64,000 nt of DNA from Thermodesulfobacteriota bacterium (GTDB lineage: Bacteria; Desulfobacterota; DSM-4660; Desulfatiglandales; Desulfatiglandaceae), in NCBI GenBank assembly GCA_030837545.1, contig JAUPKI010000006.1, forward strand, positions 4,665 to 68,664, in the 5' to 3' direction. This document shows positions 1 to 11,054 of this stretch, piece after piece. Each line of letters begins with the position of its first letter. The stretch's first letter is position 1. The position numbers were made by a program, and so were the translations under genes. The notes under the pieces were generated by a model, which did not search any database, was not told where the DNA came from, and saw nothing but the letters and a program-made list of their open reading frames with translations.

Positions 1-65
1 TCCTGGTGAAGGAAAGCGGCGGCAAATTGAGCGAAACGCCATTTGAGCTGAATGGAGAGGCATGA
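1..65 (+). CDS. xseB: 3' end of small upstream gene, probably exodeoxyribonuclease VII small subunit (partial)
   Basis: Open frame from the window edge (...[20 protein letters not shown]). Its TGA overlaps the ispA ATG (ATGA). xseB-ispA-dxs is a classical conserved gene order. Only 20 codons are visible, so the call rests on synteny. Confidence 0.35.
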   Translation, partial: LVKESGGKLSETPFELNGEA

Positions 66-973
66 TGCCCGCGGAAGCCGTTTTTGATTTCAAGGCATAT
101 CTTGCCGAAAAGCGGGCTATGGTGGACGCGGGTCTCGAAGCCTGTTTCCCTGAACCGCAAGGGTTTACCTTCGACCTCATAACGGCTATGCGCTACAGCC
201 TCTTTGCAGGCGGAAAGCGGCTGAGGCCGATCCTCTGCATCGCCGGGGCAGAGGCGGTAGGCGGTGTTGGAAGCGATGTCTTGCCCGTGGCCTGCGCCCT
301 CGAAATGATCCATACCTATTCCCTGATCCACGACGACCTCCCCATGATGGATGACGATGACCTCAGGCGGGGCAAACCGACCAATCACAAGGTCTTTGGA
401 GAACCGATCGCATTGCTGGCAGGAGACGGACTCCTGACTGAGGCCTTCAGTTTCATGACTTCCCAGGCGTTGTCAGAGCGGGTGCCCCCTCAGACCCTGC
501 TTCAGGCGATCCGGCTCATCGCTTGGGCGGCCGGTCACGAGGGGATGGTGGGAGGCCAGGCCGTGGATATTCAGTGGGAAGGGAAGGCGGCCGATCTCGA
601 GGTTGTCCGGTTCATGCACACCCATAAAACCGGGGCCATGATTACCGCATCGGTGTCCTCCGGCGCTATTCTGGCCGGCGCGAATGAATTCCAATTGAAG
701 GCCATCACCTCCTATGGCGAAAAAATCGGACTGGCGTTTCAGATCTCCGACGACATACTGGACATCGAAGGCGACAGCGAGACCATGGGGAAACGGGTCG
801 GGGCCGATGAAGAAAAGGGAAAGATGACCTATCCGGCGGTTCTCGGCCTGGATCCATCCAAAAGGATCCAGGGGGAATTGGTTCAGGGGGCGATAGACGA
901 ACTTCGCGAATTCGACAGGAGGGCCGAACCCCTTCGCCGGATTGCCCGATATATCATCGAGAGAAAAAAATGA
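62..973 (+). CDS. ispA: (2E,6E)-farnesyl diphosphate synthase / polyprenyl synthetase
   Basis: 303-aa ORF with both Asp-rich motifs ([17 protein letters not shown] and FQISDDILD). Lies directly upstream of dxs. Confidence 0.95.
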   Translation: MMPAEAVFDFKAYLAEKRAMVDAGLEACFPEPQGFTFDLITAMRYSLFAGGKRLRPILCIAGAEAVGGVGSDVLPVACALEMIHTYSLIHDDLPMMDDDDLRRGKPTNHKVFGEPIALLAGDGLLTEAFSFMTSQALSERVPPQTLLQAIRLIAWAAGHEGMVGGQAVDIQWEGKAADLEVVRFMHTHKTGAMITASVSSGAILAGANEFQLKAITSYGEKIGLAFQISDDILDIEGDSETMGKRVGADEEKGKMTYPAVLGLDPSKRIQGELVQGAIDELREFDRRAEPLRRIARYIIERKK

Positions 974-2859
974 CCCAATTTGAGAAAACGCAGAGGCTGT
1001 TGGACACGATCGACAGCCCAGCGGACCTGAAGAAACTCTCTCTTGAAGAGCTTCAGCAGTTGGCAGGAGAGATCCGTCAGCAGATCATCGAGACCACCTC
1101 CAGGACCGGCGGGCACCTGGCCCCCAGTCTGGGGGCCGTCGAGCTGGCCCTTGCCCTCCATTATGTCTTTGACGCCCCCAAAGACAAGATCATCTGGGAC
1201 GTGGGACACCAGGCCTATGCCCACAAGCTGATTACCGGCCGGAGGGACCGGTTTCACACCCTGAGGACCTACGGGGGGATCAGCGGGTTCCCCAAGAGGG
1301 CAGAGAGCCCGTACGACACCTTTGATACCGGGCACAGCAGCACCTCCATCTCCGTAGGTCTCGGGATCTCAACGGCCAAGGGGCTCAAGGGCGAGAAGAG
1401 CAAAGTAATATCAGTGATCGGCGACGGCTCCATGACCGCCGGCATGGCCTTCGAAGGCCTCAATCAGGCTGGAGAGACCGAAAAGGACCTCATCGTTGTT
1501 TTGAACGATAACGCCATGTCCATCGCCCCCAACGTAGGGGCCTTCTCATCGTTCATCAGCCGGAAGATGACCGGCAAACGCTTCGTCAACCTGAGGAGGG
1601 ACCTGGAGAATTTTATCAAGTCTCTGCCGGGGGTGGGCGAAAACATCCTGAGCTTTGTCCGCAAGAGCGAGGACTCTTTTATTACCTTTTTTACGCCGGG
1701 CATGATGTTCGAGGCCTTCAAGTTTAAATACATCGGGCCGATCCAGGGACACCGCCTGGACCGGCTTATCGAGGCCTTCACCAATGCCGGCAACCTGGAG
1801 GGGCCTGTCCTGGTCCATGCCCTGACGGTCAAGGGGAAGGGTTATGCCTTTGCTGAAAAAGACCCTGCCTACTTCCACGGGGTGGGCTCGTTTGAAATTC
1901 CAACCGGTTCGCCTCCCAAAGACAGGCCCAAGTCGCCCCCATCCTATACCTCCGTATTCGGGAGCACCATGCTGGATCTGGCTCAAAAGGATGACAGGCT
2001 GTTTGCCGTTACAGCGGCCATGCCCGAAGGAACCGGCCTGGCCGCCTTTTCCCAGACCTTTCCCGAACGCTTTCTGGATGTGGGCATCGCGGAACAGCAC
2101 GCCGTGACCTTTGCCGCGGGGCTTGCCACCGAGGGATTCAGGCCGGTGGTGGCCATCTATTCCACGTTTCTTCAGAGGGCCTACGATCAGATCATCCATG
2201 ATGTCTGTCTCCCCAATCTGCCGGTGGTGTTTGCCCTTGACAGGGGCGGGCTTGTGGGGGAAGACGGGCCGACCCATCACGGCCATTTTGATATTACCTA
2301 TCTGCGCAGTCTGCCCAACATGACCTTGATGGCGCCCAAGGACGAAAACGAATTGAGGCATATGCTCTACACGGCCCTGCAGCATTCGGGACCTGTAGCG
2401 ATCCGCTATCCGAGAGGGAAGGGGGTCGGAGCGGCTATGGACCCCGATTACAAGGTGCTTCCCATGGGCGAGGCGGAGATCCTCAGGGAGGGGAACGACC
2501 TGCAGATCCTTGCAATCGGGAGCATGGTGACGCCTTCCCTGGATGCTGCGGCCGTCCTGGAAAAAGAAGGGATTCATGTGGGCGTGGTGAACTGCCGTTT
2601 TGTCAAACCCCTGGATACCGGCCTGGTCGATATCGCCGCATCCTCGGGACGCGTCCTGGTGGTGGAGGAAAATATTCGGCAGGGAGGGTTTGGAGGGGCT
2701 GTGCTGGAACTTTTCAATGACGCCGGCTTAAGAGACGTCCACATTAGAAGGATAGGACTCCCAGACGAGTTCGTAGAGCATGGCCCTCAGGATATTCTGA
2801 GGGCAAAATACGGGCTTGACAGCGCGGGGATCCTGAGAGAGGCCAGAACCTTGCTGTGA
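970..2859 (+). CDS. dxs: 1-deoxy-D-xylulose-5-phosphate synthase
   Basis: 629-aa ORF with a typical DXS N-terminus ([14 protein letters not shown]), the GGHLAPSLG motif, the TPP motif GDGSMTAG and a transketolase-like C-terminus. 4-nt overlap with ispA. Confidence 0.97.
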   Translation: MTQFEKTQRLLDTIDSPADLKKLSLEELQQLAGEIRQQIIETTSRTGGHLAPSLGAVELALALHYVFDAPKDKIIWDVGHQAYAHKLITGRRDRFHTLRTYGGISGFPKRAESPYDTFDTGHSSTSISVGLGISTAKGLKGEKSKVISVIGDGSMTAGMAFEGLNQAGETEKDLIVVLNDNAMSIAPNVGAFSSFISRKMTGKRFVNLRRDLENFIKSLPGVGENILSFVRKSEDSFITFFTPGMMFEAFKFKYIGPIQGHRLDRLIEAFTNAGNLEGPVLVHALTVKGKGYAFAEKDPAYFHGVGSFEIPTGSPPKDRPKSPPSYTSVFGSTMLDLAQKDDRLFAVTAAMPEGTGLAAFSQTFPERFLDVGIAEQHAVTFAAGLATEGFRPVVAIYSTFLQRAYDQIIHDVCLPNLPVVFALDRGGLVGEDGPTHHGHFDITYLRSLPNMTLMAPKDENELRHMLYTALQHSGPVAIRYPRGKGVGAAMDPDYKVLPMGEAEILREGNDLQILAIGSMVTPSLDAAAVLEKEGIHVGVVNCRFVKPLDTGLVDIAASSGRVLVVEENIRQGGFGGAVLELFNDAGLRDVHIRRIGLPDEFVEHGPQDILRAKYGLDSAGILREARTLL

Positions 2860-3623
2860 CTCCGGCCGATTCATTTGAGCACACGGGAAAGAAGCGGACG
2901 AGATTGGACCGCCTTCTGGTGGACAGGGGTCTGGCGGGAAGTCGGGAAAAGGCAAGAGCCATGATCATGGCCGGTCTTGTTCATGTGGACGGGGCGCGGC
3001 TCGATAAGCCGGGACATTCAGTGCCCGATGGGGCGGTCATTTCCCTGAAAGAATCCCACCCCCTGTATGTCAGCCGGGGCGGCGAGAAGTTGGAGGCGGC
3101 TCTGGATCAGTTTCCAGTCAGCGTCCAGTCTCTCACCCTGCTGGACGTGGGGGCCTCCACCGGCGGTTTTACCGACTGCCTTCTCAAACGCGGGGCCGGC
3201 AGGGTTATCGCCATTGATGTGGGCTATGGCCAGTTGGACTGGACCCTCAGGCAGGATCCAAGGGTAGAACTTGTTGAAAAAGCGAATATACGATACCTGA
3301 AACCCCAACACCTGCAAGCGCTTGCCCACGGAGCGGTCATCGATGTCTCGTTTATCTCGCTCAGACTGGTGATCCCCCCCGTGTCCCATCTCCTGGTTGA
3401 TGACGCCTTTATCATCGCCCTGATCAAGCCCCAGTTTGAGGTGGGGAAAGGCAAGGTGGGAAAGGGGGGTGTGGTTCGGGATCCCATCCTCCACCAGGAG
3501 GTTATCGAAGAGTTGACCCGCTTCTTTGAACACTCAGGCTGGCAGGTTCAAGGCTGTATTCCCTCTCCGCTCCTGGGGCCTAAGGGAAACCGTGAGTTTC
3601 TTGTGTATATGACGAGGGGGTAG
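2856..3623 (+). CDS. tlyA: TlyA family 16S/23S rRNA (cytidine-2'-O)-methyltransferase
   Basis: 255 aa. S4-like N-terminus ([22 protein letters not shown]), FtsJ-type SAM motif [15 protein letters not shown] and C-terminal KGNREFL. Overlaps the dxs stop. Confidence 0.9.
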   Translation: MTPADSFEHTGKKRTRLDRLLVDRGLAGSREKARAMIMAGLVHVDGARLDKPGHSVPDGAVISLKESHPLYVSRGGEKLEAALDQFPVSVQSLTLLDVGASTGGFTDCLLKRGAGRVIAIDVGYGQLDWTLRQDPRVELVEKANIRYLKPQHLQALAHGAVIDVSFISLRLVIPPVSHLLVDDAFIIALIKPQFEVGKGKVGKGGVVRDPILHQEVIEELTRFFEHSGWQVQGCIPSPLLGPKGNREFLVYMTRG

Positions 3624-3637
3624 GTGGTGGATGCTGA

Positions 3638-4414
3638 ATGATGGCTGTTGATCGATTGTTGGAGATCATTGAGGAGATCGCCGCAGGGAGATACTCCAAC
3701 GATATCATGGAACTTACCGATGAGAATCAGCCCGAACCGGTGCGGACCATCGCTGAGGCCATGGGTCTCATGATGGTGAAGGTGGAGGCCAGGGATTACC
3801 GGTTGGAGCTGATGGTGAAAGATCTGGAGGAACTGAACGAAAAAATCCGGCAGAGCACTATCCATGCGGTTTCAGCGATGGCCCATGCCCTGGCTGCTCG
3901 GGATGCTTACACCGAGGGCCATGCGGAACGGGTCGCCGGCCTCGCCGTTCGAATTGCCCGGGAGTTGGGGGTGGAGGATGAGGAGGTGGAATCTGTTCGA
4001 TTAGGAGGCATCCTGCACGATATCGGTAAAATCGGATTTTCAGACCGGCTTTTCAGCCCTCATGAGGCCAAGAACCCTCCGGATATGGTCAAGGAAATCC
4101 TTTGCCATCCGTCAACAGGCGTCGAAATCCTCCAGGCCCTCGATTTCTTAGGGCCAGCCCTCAATTATGTCCACTGTCACCACGAACGGCCCGATGGCAA
4201 AGGCTATCCCCGCCAGCTTATGGACAAGGAAATCCCCTTGGGCGCCAAGATACTGGCTGTGGCCGATGCCTTTGACGCCATGACGACAGACAGACCCTAT
4301 CAGAAAGGGAAACCCACGGGGGTTGCCCTCGGGATACTGAAAAAGCATGCAGGGACAAAATGGGACAGGGACTGCGTGGCCGCCTTTGAGGCGGTCATGC
4401 GTCTCTCCCTATAG
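3638..4414 (+). CDS. HD-GYP domain-containing protein (cyclic-di-GMP phosphodiesterase family)
   Basis: 258 aa. HD motif GGILHDIGK and HHERPDGKGYP (GYP) signature. Confidence 0.9.
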   Translation: MMAVDRLLEIIEEIAAGRYSNDIMELTDENQPEPVRTIAEAMGLMMVKVEARDYRLELMVKDLEELNEKIRQSTIHAVSAMAHALAARDAYTEGHAERVAGLAVRIARELGVEDEEVESVRLGGILHDIGKIGFSDRLFSPHEAKNPPDMVKEILCHPSTGVEILQALDFLGPALNYVHCHHERPDGKGYPRQLMDKEIPLGAKILAVADAFDAMTTDRPYQKGKPTGVALGILKKHAGTKWDRDCVAAFEAVMRLSL

Positions 4415-4452
4415 CATTCGGGGCTTTTGGGTCTGTTTGGGATCGGGGCAGT

Positions 4453-4740
4453 TTAGTGGGCCGCTCGCTTGGATGCCTTGAGCGGGTTCACCTTTCCGTT
4501 TTCCTTCTTGACGGTTGCTTGCACATGGGTCGCCATGTTGCAGGCACCCTTACGCCACTTGGCGGAGGGATCAGGGAATGCCATACAGTATTTGCCGGTG
4601 GAGTATTCCATGACCTTCTGGCAGCCCTCGCATGCCTCAACAATGATATGGCAGGTGCCGCCATTGAACCCGCAGCCTTTCTTGGACATGAAAAAACAGT
4701 CCTGACCTTGCTTTACGCTTGTACAAACCATGTTAACCAC
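4453..4740 (-). CDS. PxxKW family cysteine-rich small protein
   Basis: 95 aa with 11 Cys. Contains CEGCQK and the eponymous P-x-x-K-W (PSAKW) followed by KGAC. This family is typical of sulfate reducers and syntrophs. Confidence 0.7.
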   Translation of the reverse strand: MVNMVCTSVKQGQDCFFMSKKGCGFNGGTCHIIVEACEGCQKVMEYSTGKYCMAFPDPSAKWRKGACNMATHVQATVKKENGKVNPLKASKRAAH

Positions 4741-4992
4741 ATCCTTTCCATATGCGTCCTCACGCAGGAGGGTGGGGACGATAAAAGTTTAAAGTTTAAA
4801 CAGAGATTTATGCCTAACTGAATTCTGATTGTCAAGCAAAATAGACACGGAGTTCAGCTTTTCAAGGAAAAAACCGAATGACTGGTAGAAAATATTTGAA
4901 GTTCTAATGCTAGGGTCCCCGCCTGTAGACGGGATCTTGGATCAGAATGAAAGGCGTAAGGGATTCGACCAGCAACCCCAAATCTTCGCCTT

Positions 4993-5020
4993 GAACTCAA
5001 TAAACTCAATAAACCCAACC
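4993..5020 (+). repeat. AACTCAATAA / AACCCAAC word repeats downstream of aspS
   Basis: Read directly. Same word family as 13287..13330. Confidence 0.6.
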
Positions 5021-5031
5021 CCCCGCCAGCG

Positions 5032-6850
5032 TCAAGCTTCAAGGTCCTCACCACATAGACTGAGCCCCAGCTCCCTGAGCTGTTCCGGGTCCACTCGGGA
5101 GGGGGCATCGGTCATCAGGCAGGCCGCGCTGGTGGTCTTGGGAAAGGCGATGACCTCCCGGATGGACTGTGCCCCGGTCATGAGGGCCGCCAGCCGGTCC
5201 AAACCCAGGGCCATTCCGCCATGGGGCGGGGCGCCATACCTGAGCGCCTCCAACAGAAACCCGAATTTGAGTTGCGCCTCTTTAGGGGGTATGCCCAGGG
5301 TATGGAAAATCCTTTCCTGAACGGAGGTGGTGTGAATCCGAATGCTCCCCCCGCCGATCTCCGACCCGTTCAGGACGAGATCATAGGCCCTGGCCCTGAC
5401 CCGTTCGGGGTTTTCGGCGAGGAGGTCCAGGTCCTCTTCCATTGGGGAAGTAAAGGGATGGTGGACCGCCGCCAGTCTCCCTTGGGTCTCATCATACTCG
5501 AATAAGGGGAATTGGGTGATCCATACCCATGCAAAGGCATGATGCGGGATCAACTTTTGTTGCCGGGCCACGTGCAGCCGCAGGGCCCCCAAGGCCTGGT
5601 TCACGATTCCCGGCTGATCCGCCACCAGGAGGATCAGGTCTTCCGGCCGGGCGACGACCCTTCGATTGAGGGCATGCTGTTCCCCCTCTTCAAAGAATTT
5701 GGTCAGAGAGGACTGCCAGCCTTCCTGGGTGACCTTGATCCATGCGAGCCCCTTGGCCCCGGCGGCCTTGACCACCTCTGAGAGGTCATCCAGCCCTTTT
5801 CTCGAATAGGATGGAGCGCCCTTTTCCACTCGGATCGCCTTTACCGCCCCCCCCGGATGCGAGGATCTCCTTGAAGACCCGGAAGTCGGATCGGTCTGCC
5901 AGATCGCTCACACCACACAGCTCCATGCCGAAGCGGAGGTCCGGTCTATCCGTCCCGAACCGCTCCATGGCATCCCGGTAAGTCAGACGCTGAATAGGCC
6001 TGGGGATCGTGCGGTCCAATATCTTAGGGAAGAGTTCCGCTACCATCTCCTCAAAGACCGCCATGACCTGATCTTCGTTAACAAAGGCCATCTCCAGGTC
6101 CACCTGGGTGAATTCAGGCTGGCGGTCGGCCCGGAGATCTTCGTCCCGAAAGCAGCGGACAATCTGGTAGTAGCGGTCGAACCCGGCCATCATAAGAAGC
6201 TGTTTGAAGAGCTGGGGCGATTGGGGCAGGGCATAAAACATCCCCTTGTTGACCCGACTCGGAACCAGATAATCCCTGGCCCCCTCGGGCGTGCTTTTGG
6301 TGAGAAATGGGGTTTCGACCTCAATAAACCCTCGTTGGTCCAGGAATTGTCGAATGCAGGAGACAATGGCGTGGCGTTTTCGGAGATTCTGAAAGAGCTG
6401 CGGCCTTCTCAGTTCCAGATATCGGTACTTCAATCTCAGCGTCTCGGAGGCGTCCACGGCCCCGTCCACCTGGAAGGGAGGGGTCTCGGTAAGGTTAAGG
6501 ATCTTCATCCCGGTTGCCCTCACCTCGATGTCGCCGGTCGGCATCTGGGCGTTCTCCTGTCCCTCGAGCCGGGGGGCCACCTCGCCCTTGAGGGCCACCA
6601 CCCACTCGTTTCTCAGGACATGGGCCCTTTCATGCGTCTCAGGGTTTACCCGGGGGTCAAAGACCGCCTGGGTGATTCCCTCCCTGTCCCGCAGGTCAAT
6701 AAAAATCAGATTTCCCAGATCCCGCCTGCTGTTGACCCATCCCATCAGGACCACTTCCCGGCCCGCGTCCTCTTTTCTCAGCGCCCCGCAGTCGTGTGTG
6801 CGCATCCAGTTCCCTAATGAATCAATCTCTGCCATCCCGTTCTCTCTCAT
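5032..6850 (-). pseudogene. aspS: aspartate--tRNA ligase, reading frame broken by a 1-nt insertion in a homopolymer (C8 on + strand, 5847..5854)
   Basis: Two adjacent minus-strand ORFs (5786..6850 and 5032..5829) are the N- and C-terminal parts of AspRS: OB-fold, class II motifs FRDEDLRADRQPEF, and GGGSIRIH...GLDR. Removing one G from the G8 run restores ...[46 protein letters not shown]. Confidence 0.9.
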
Positions 6851-8105
6851 CCTTTAACATCTCTTTTAACACATTTACGGCATCCTTCAATTCCACGTCC
6901 GCCTGTTCTTTGGTGAGCATATTTCTCAAGGCGGCCCTGCTGGTCTTCAGCTCATCCTCTCCCACAATCAACACATGCCTGGCCCCGATTCGATCCGCCT
7001 TTTTCATCTGGGATTTGAGCCCGGTTGAAGCGTAATCGACTTCCACCCAGAGGCCGTTCCTTCGGAGGTCCACGGCCCATTTGAAGGCGGCCCTTTCCGC
7101 GGCCTTCCCCAATGCGGCGATAAAGAGATCGGGACGTCTATCCTGAAGGGGGTGGTCGTCTCCAATCAGGGCCACCACCCGTTCCACGCCCACCGCAAAT
7201 CCGATGGCAGGATGGTCAGGACCGCCCAGGAGCCTCACCAGACCATCGTACCGACCGCCGCCGGCCACAGCGTTCTGTGCGCCGAGGCGTTCTGTCTGGA
7301 TCTCAAAGGTGGTCCGGTTGTAGTAATCCAGCCCCCTGACCAGCCGGCTGTTCAAAACAAACGGGATCTCCAGATCGCTCAGGGCGTCCTGCACAGACTC
7401 GAAGTGGTCCCGGCATGCCTGACAGAGAAAGGCGTCAATGGAGGGGGCCTTTGAGACCACCTCTTTGCACGAGTCCACCTTGCAGTCAAAGACCCTCAAC
7501 GGGTTGCTTGTCGCCCGTCGCTGACAATCCTCACAGAGCCGGGTTACTTTATCGGCCAGGTAATCCGTGAGCGCTTCCTTGAACCGGGGTCTGCAATCGG
7601 AACACCCCAGGGAGTTGAGGTTGAGAGCGACATCATCGAGGCCGATAGACCGAAACAGGTAAACGGCCATGGAGATCATGTCGGCGTCGCTCTTGGGTCC
7701 AGGGTCGCCGAACAGCTCGGCGTTGATCTGATGAAACTGCCTGAACCGTCCCCTCTGGGGCCGCTCATGCCGGAACATAGGCCCGATGCTGTATAATTTC
7801 TGCACTGGATATGTCTGGTAGGGCCTGTTTTGGATGTAGGCCCTCACCACCGAGGCAGTGGCCTCGGGCCGCAGGGTGAGACTCCGACCCTTGACATCGT
7901 CAAAGGTGTACATCTCCTTGGAAACAATATCGGTCTCCTCCCCGATGCTGCGACTGAAGAGTTCGGTCTTCTCAAGGATAGGGGTCTTGATCTCCTGAAA
8001 GCCAAAGTCCTCGAACACACGTCTTGCCGTGGTCTCAATCCACTGCCAGACCCGTGTCTCTTCAGGGAGGATGTCTCTGAATCCCTTGATGCTGGCGATT
8101 TCCAA
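6822..8105 (-). CDS. hisS: histidine--tRNA ligase
   Basis: 427 aa. Motifs YSIGPMFRHERPQRGRFRQFHQ and GGGRYDGL, with an anticodon-binding C-terminus. Confidence 0.95.
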   Translation of the reverse strand: MEIASIKGFRDILPEETRVWQWIETTARRVFEDFGFQEIKTPILEKTELFSRSIGEETDIVSKEMYTFDDVKGRSLTLRPEATASVVRAYIQNRPYQTYPVQKLYSIGPMFRHERPQRGRFRQFHQINAELFGDPGPKSDADMISMAVYLFRSIGLDDVALNLNSLGCSDCRPRFKEALTDYLADKVTRLCEDCQRRATSNPLRVFDCKVDSCKEVVSKAPSIDAFLCQACRDHFESVQDALSDLEIPFVLNSRLVRGLDYYNRTTFEIQTERLGAQNAVAGGGRYDGLVRLLGGPDHPAIGFAVGVERVVALIGDDHPLQDRRPDLFIAALGKAAERAAFKWAVDLRRNGLWVEVDYASTGLKSQMKKADRIGARHVLIVGEDELKTSRAALRNMLTKEQADVELKDAVNVLKEMLKDERERDGRD

Positions 8106-8169
8106 TGGCTTTATATCCTTTCCTTTAATATGGTTCAGGGTGCAAAGGTTTAAGGGTTTAGCCCCGATT

Positions 8170-8191
8170 GTGCGGCTGAAGCCGCACCTAC
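8170..8191 (+). repeat. single REP-like palindromic unit (GTGCGGCTGAAGCCGCACCTAC)
   Basis: Same hairpin-plus-CCTAC design as the units at 48735..48806 and 53607..53680. Confidence 0.6.
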
Positions 8192-8238
8192 ACCTCAGAT
8201 CTGTACAAAAGACGTCACTCAGATCCTTAAATTAATTT

Positions 8239-8269
8239 GGTGTTCAAGGGTTCAAGGTTCAGAGGTCAG
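8239..8269 (+). repeat. GGTTCAAGG-type word repeats (a second patch at 8132..8160)
   Basis: Read directly: ggtgttcaagggttcaaggttcagaggtcag. The reverse-complement family is at 35878..35914. Confidence 0.65.
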
Positions 8270-8340
8270 ATGCGCGTGCTAAATGCTTCCTGCTCCCTGC
8301 CCTATGCTCCATGCGTGTTCTCAGTACCCAGTATCCAGCA

Positions 8341-8577
8341 TTATTTCACCTTGATTCGGGTTGCCTTCTTTTGTCCTCGGGGAACGTCGTCTTTCTCCAG
8401 GTCTTCTATCTTTTCATCGATCAGGCATTTCAGGGCCTTGAAAAACTCGATCCGTGACCGGGACAGGTGTTCTGTGAATTTGGATTTCCTTCGGGATGCC
8501 TTTTCAAGCTTTGAAAAAAACCTGCCGATTGGGCATGCCATCTGTTCGTTCATAGTGTCTATTTTTGCTTTGACCAT
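8341..8577 (-). CDS. hypothetical small basic protein (78 aa)
   Basis: ATG at 8577 is preceded by GGAGGT. Reads MVKAKIDTMNEQMACPIGRFF... Lies directly downstream of the ArsA-like gene on the same strand. The longer 123-aa track ORF overlaps arsA and is unlikely. Confidence 0.4.
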   Translation of the reverse strand: MVKAKIDTMNEQMACPIGRFFSKLEKASRRKSKFTEHLSRSRIEFFKALKCLIDEKIEDLEKDDVPRGQKKATRIKVK

Positions 8578-8602
8578 GGTTACCTCCCTTTCTAACAGAT
8601 TT

Positions 8603-9784
8603 TCAGGGCTCAAACTGAACCGACAGATCCGCCCCGTCGAGCCTGGCGCTGACCGATGTTGAGGCAGCCACCTGCCTGGGAAGCAGGACATGCCGTTTGA
8701 AGCCTCCGACACGGATAATCAGTTCATCCGATACCTTATTCAGGTCGACATCCTTCTTCTCGATGAAGGGCAATTTGATTTTTAACTGATACTTGCCGTC
8801 GACCTTTGCCAGAGAGTAGGGCTCTCCGTCAAAAAACCGCTCCAGCGGGTCCCTGTCGCCGTATATCTGTTCAGCCAGGGACGCGAGGCTCTCCTTGCCC
8901 AGTATCTCACCCCTGAAGAGATTCACGGGAAAGAGAGGGATCGGGCTGAAATAGGTCTCTGCCTGCCGGATATATTCGCCCTGCCGACCCTTCCAGTCCT
9001 CAAAATAGGCATCCCTCACGCTCTCCGGCAGAATGCGATTCATGATGATGGCGTCTGTATTCATTTTGTAAAGGGAAAAATACATAAAGGCCCGCTGGGT
9101 CTCCTTGATCACGATTTTCTCCGGATTGGTGACGAGCCGTACCGTGGTTATCTTGGGATCCACAAGGATGTCTTCGACCCCTTGCAGTCGTTGAAACAGG
9201 TATTCGACGGCATCAAAGTAGTCTTCGCCCGGAAGCGGAACATCATACAGCCGCTTGGCGAGGGGACGGGCGTACCTGACGATGGCCCTCTCCATCTTGA
9301 ATATCTTTTTAATGTACCACTCCAGGGTAGTTGGAATACTGATAAACCTGAGGGATTCGCCTGTGGGCGCGCAATCCAGGAGGATGACATCGAATTTCTT
9401 TGTCCTGACATACCGATTGATGTAGAGAAGGAGACTGACCTCCTCCATTCCGGGCAGAATGGCCAGCTCCTCGGCCAGGATCTCATTCAGCCCGGTGGTA
9501 CTCAAGAGGGTGGAGAGGTATTTATGGATATCTCCCCAGTTCTTCTCAATCTCTTCCTGGATGTCGAGTTCCTGTATCCAGAGATTCGTTCCGACCTTGA
9601 TCGGCTTCCCCCTGTTCTTGTCAAGGAGGCCTCTGTCGAGGTCAAATATGTCCGCAAGGCTGTGGGCCACATCCAGGGACATGACCAGGGTCCGGTTGCC
9701 TGCCTGTGCCGCCTTGATCCCGGTGGCAGCGGACACGCTGGTCTTCCCAACCCCGCCCTTTCCGGCAAAAAATATGATTCTCAT
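8603..9784 (-). CDS. ArsA/TRC40 family ATPase with C-terminal HSP20-like domain
   Basis: 393 aa. Deviant Walker A GKGGVGKTS at the N-terminus, DCAPTGESLR switch region and a beta-sandwich-like C-terminal tail. Confidence 0.9.
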   Translation of the reverse strand: MRIIFFAGKGGVGKTSVSAATGIKAAQAGNRTLVMSLDVAHSLADIFDLDRGLLDKNRGKPIKVGTNLWIQELDIQEEIEKNWGDIHKYLSTLLSTTGLNEILAEELAILPGMEEVSLLLYINRYVRTKKFDVILLDCAPTGESLRFISIPTTLEWYIKKIFKMERAIVRYARPLAKRLYDVPLPGEDYFDAVEYLFQRLQGVEDILVDPKITTVRLVTNPEKIVIKETQRAFMYFSLYKMNTDAIIMNRILPESVRDAYFEDWKGRQGEYIRQAETYFSPIPLFPVNLFRGEILGKESLASLAEQIYGDRDPLERFFDGEPYSLAKVDGKYQLKIKLPFIEKKDVDLNKVSDELIIRVGGFKRHVLLPRQVAASTSVSARLDGADLSVQFEP

Positions 9785-9921
9785 TTGATTTCAATTCAGA
9801 TCGTGTTACGGTTCCAGACCAAGGATTTTCTATGGTTCTATTGTGTATGGCACAACTATTCTAACACACTATCCAGGGTTTTAAAAGCAGTAACCCTTCA
9901 CGCCAAAAGGAGATGGTCTGT

Positions 9922-10848
9922 ATGGACATGACATTCTTGGGAACCGGCGGGGCCTGGGGTCTCCCTGAATTGAACTGCAACTGTCTTATCTGCCGCGAGA
10001 TGCGGCGGAAAGGGGAAAAGAGGGATCGAACCTCCCTCCTGCTGAAAGATGAGACCACGCTGCTGGTGGACTGCGGCCCGGATGCAAGGACCCAGCTTTC
10101 AAGACATTCCATAGACGCTATTGACGGGGTGCTGATCACCCATGAACACACGGATCACTATATCGGTCTTGACGAGCTTTTTGCATACAAGAGGAACCTG
10201 CCTCGAGGGTCATTTAGACCGATTCCCGTTTATCTCACAGCGAAAAGTCAAGAGGTGATTCGGAAACGGTTTGATTATCTGGAAGAGATGGAGGTGATCC
10301 GGGTCTGCGCCATCGAGCCAGGGCGCTGGTTTGGCGTCAATGAGTTTGAAGTCCTCCCCTTTGACACCTATCACGGTCCTTTTGCACAGGGGTCAGTGGG
10401 CTTTCTTGTGGCGGCCAGGGGCCTTTCCGGGGAGGCGGTGCGGATCGTGTACACTTCTGACTTTTCAGATATCCCCAACCCGTCCGCTGATCTCCTTGAG
10501 CCGGACTACTTGATTATTCAATCATTCTGGCTCAATGAGCCTGTCCACAACCGGCCCCATCACATGAGCTTCCAGAGGGCCATCCATTTTATTGAGCGCC
10601 TGAGGCCGAAAAAGGAGACCTTCCTCGTTCACATCGGGGATGCCGACAGGGTCGCGAACGACCCGGCCAACCGTCAGCTCAAAAAATACGAACCCAAAGA
10701 CCCGATGAGGCCCCCATCCGGAGGCGATCCGTATCCGATCCCCCTCAATCAGGCCCAGTGGCAGGAGACCGTCAACCTTATCATCTCGGACCGACAGATC
10801 CCCTATCCGATCACCGTCGCCTATGACGACCTCTCCATCCAGATTTGA
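9922..10848 (+). CDS. MBL-fold metallo-hydrolase
   Basis: HEHTDHY metal motif and FLGTGGAWG N-terminus. ATG at 9922 lies 9 nt after AAGGAG. The track ORF starts at 9913. Confidence 0.85.
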   Translation: MDMTFLGTGGAWGLPELNCNCLICREMRRKGEKRDRTSLLLKDETTLLVDCGPDARTQLSRHSIDAIDGVLITHEHTDHYIGLDELFAYKRNLPRGSFRPIPVYLTAKSQEVIRKRFDYLEEMEVIRVCAIEPGRWFGVNEFEVLPFDTYHGPFAQGSVGFLVAARGLSGEAVRIVYTSDFSDIPNPSADLLEPDYLIIQSFWLNEPVHNRPHHMSFQRAIHFIERLRPKKETFLVHIGDADRVANDPANRQLKKYEPKDPMRPPSGGDPYPIPLNQAQWQETVNLIISDRQIPYPITVAYDDLSIQI

Positions 10849-11054
10849 GGGATTGAGGTATCCAGTCTCCCTGTATATGGAAGCAGCAACCCACGCGTCG
10901 ACCGGCGCGCAAGGTCCTGGCTGCGGCCTGACTCAGCGCCTGTCCAGATATCGTGACGAGGGAGGACGGGGGTAAAGGGGCGGATCCTATGCCGACAGCA
11001 TGAAATCAACAACCCCGATACTCCCGCCAAAAGGGTGAACGGCTGCTGCCAGGG

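Noticed and set aside
5847-5854. Programmed ribosomal frameshifting in aspS.
   Set aside because: There is no slippery heptamer or stimulatory structure context, and no precedent for AspRS that I know of. A homopolymer length error or mutation is far more likely.
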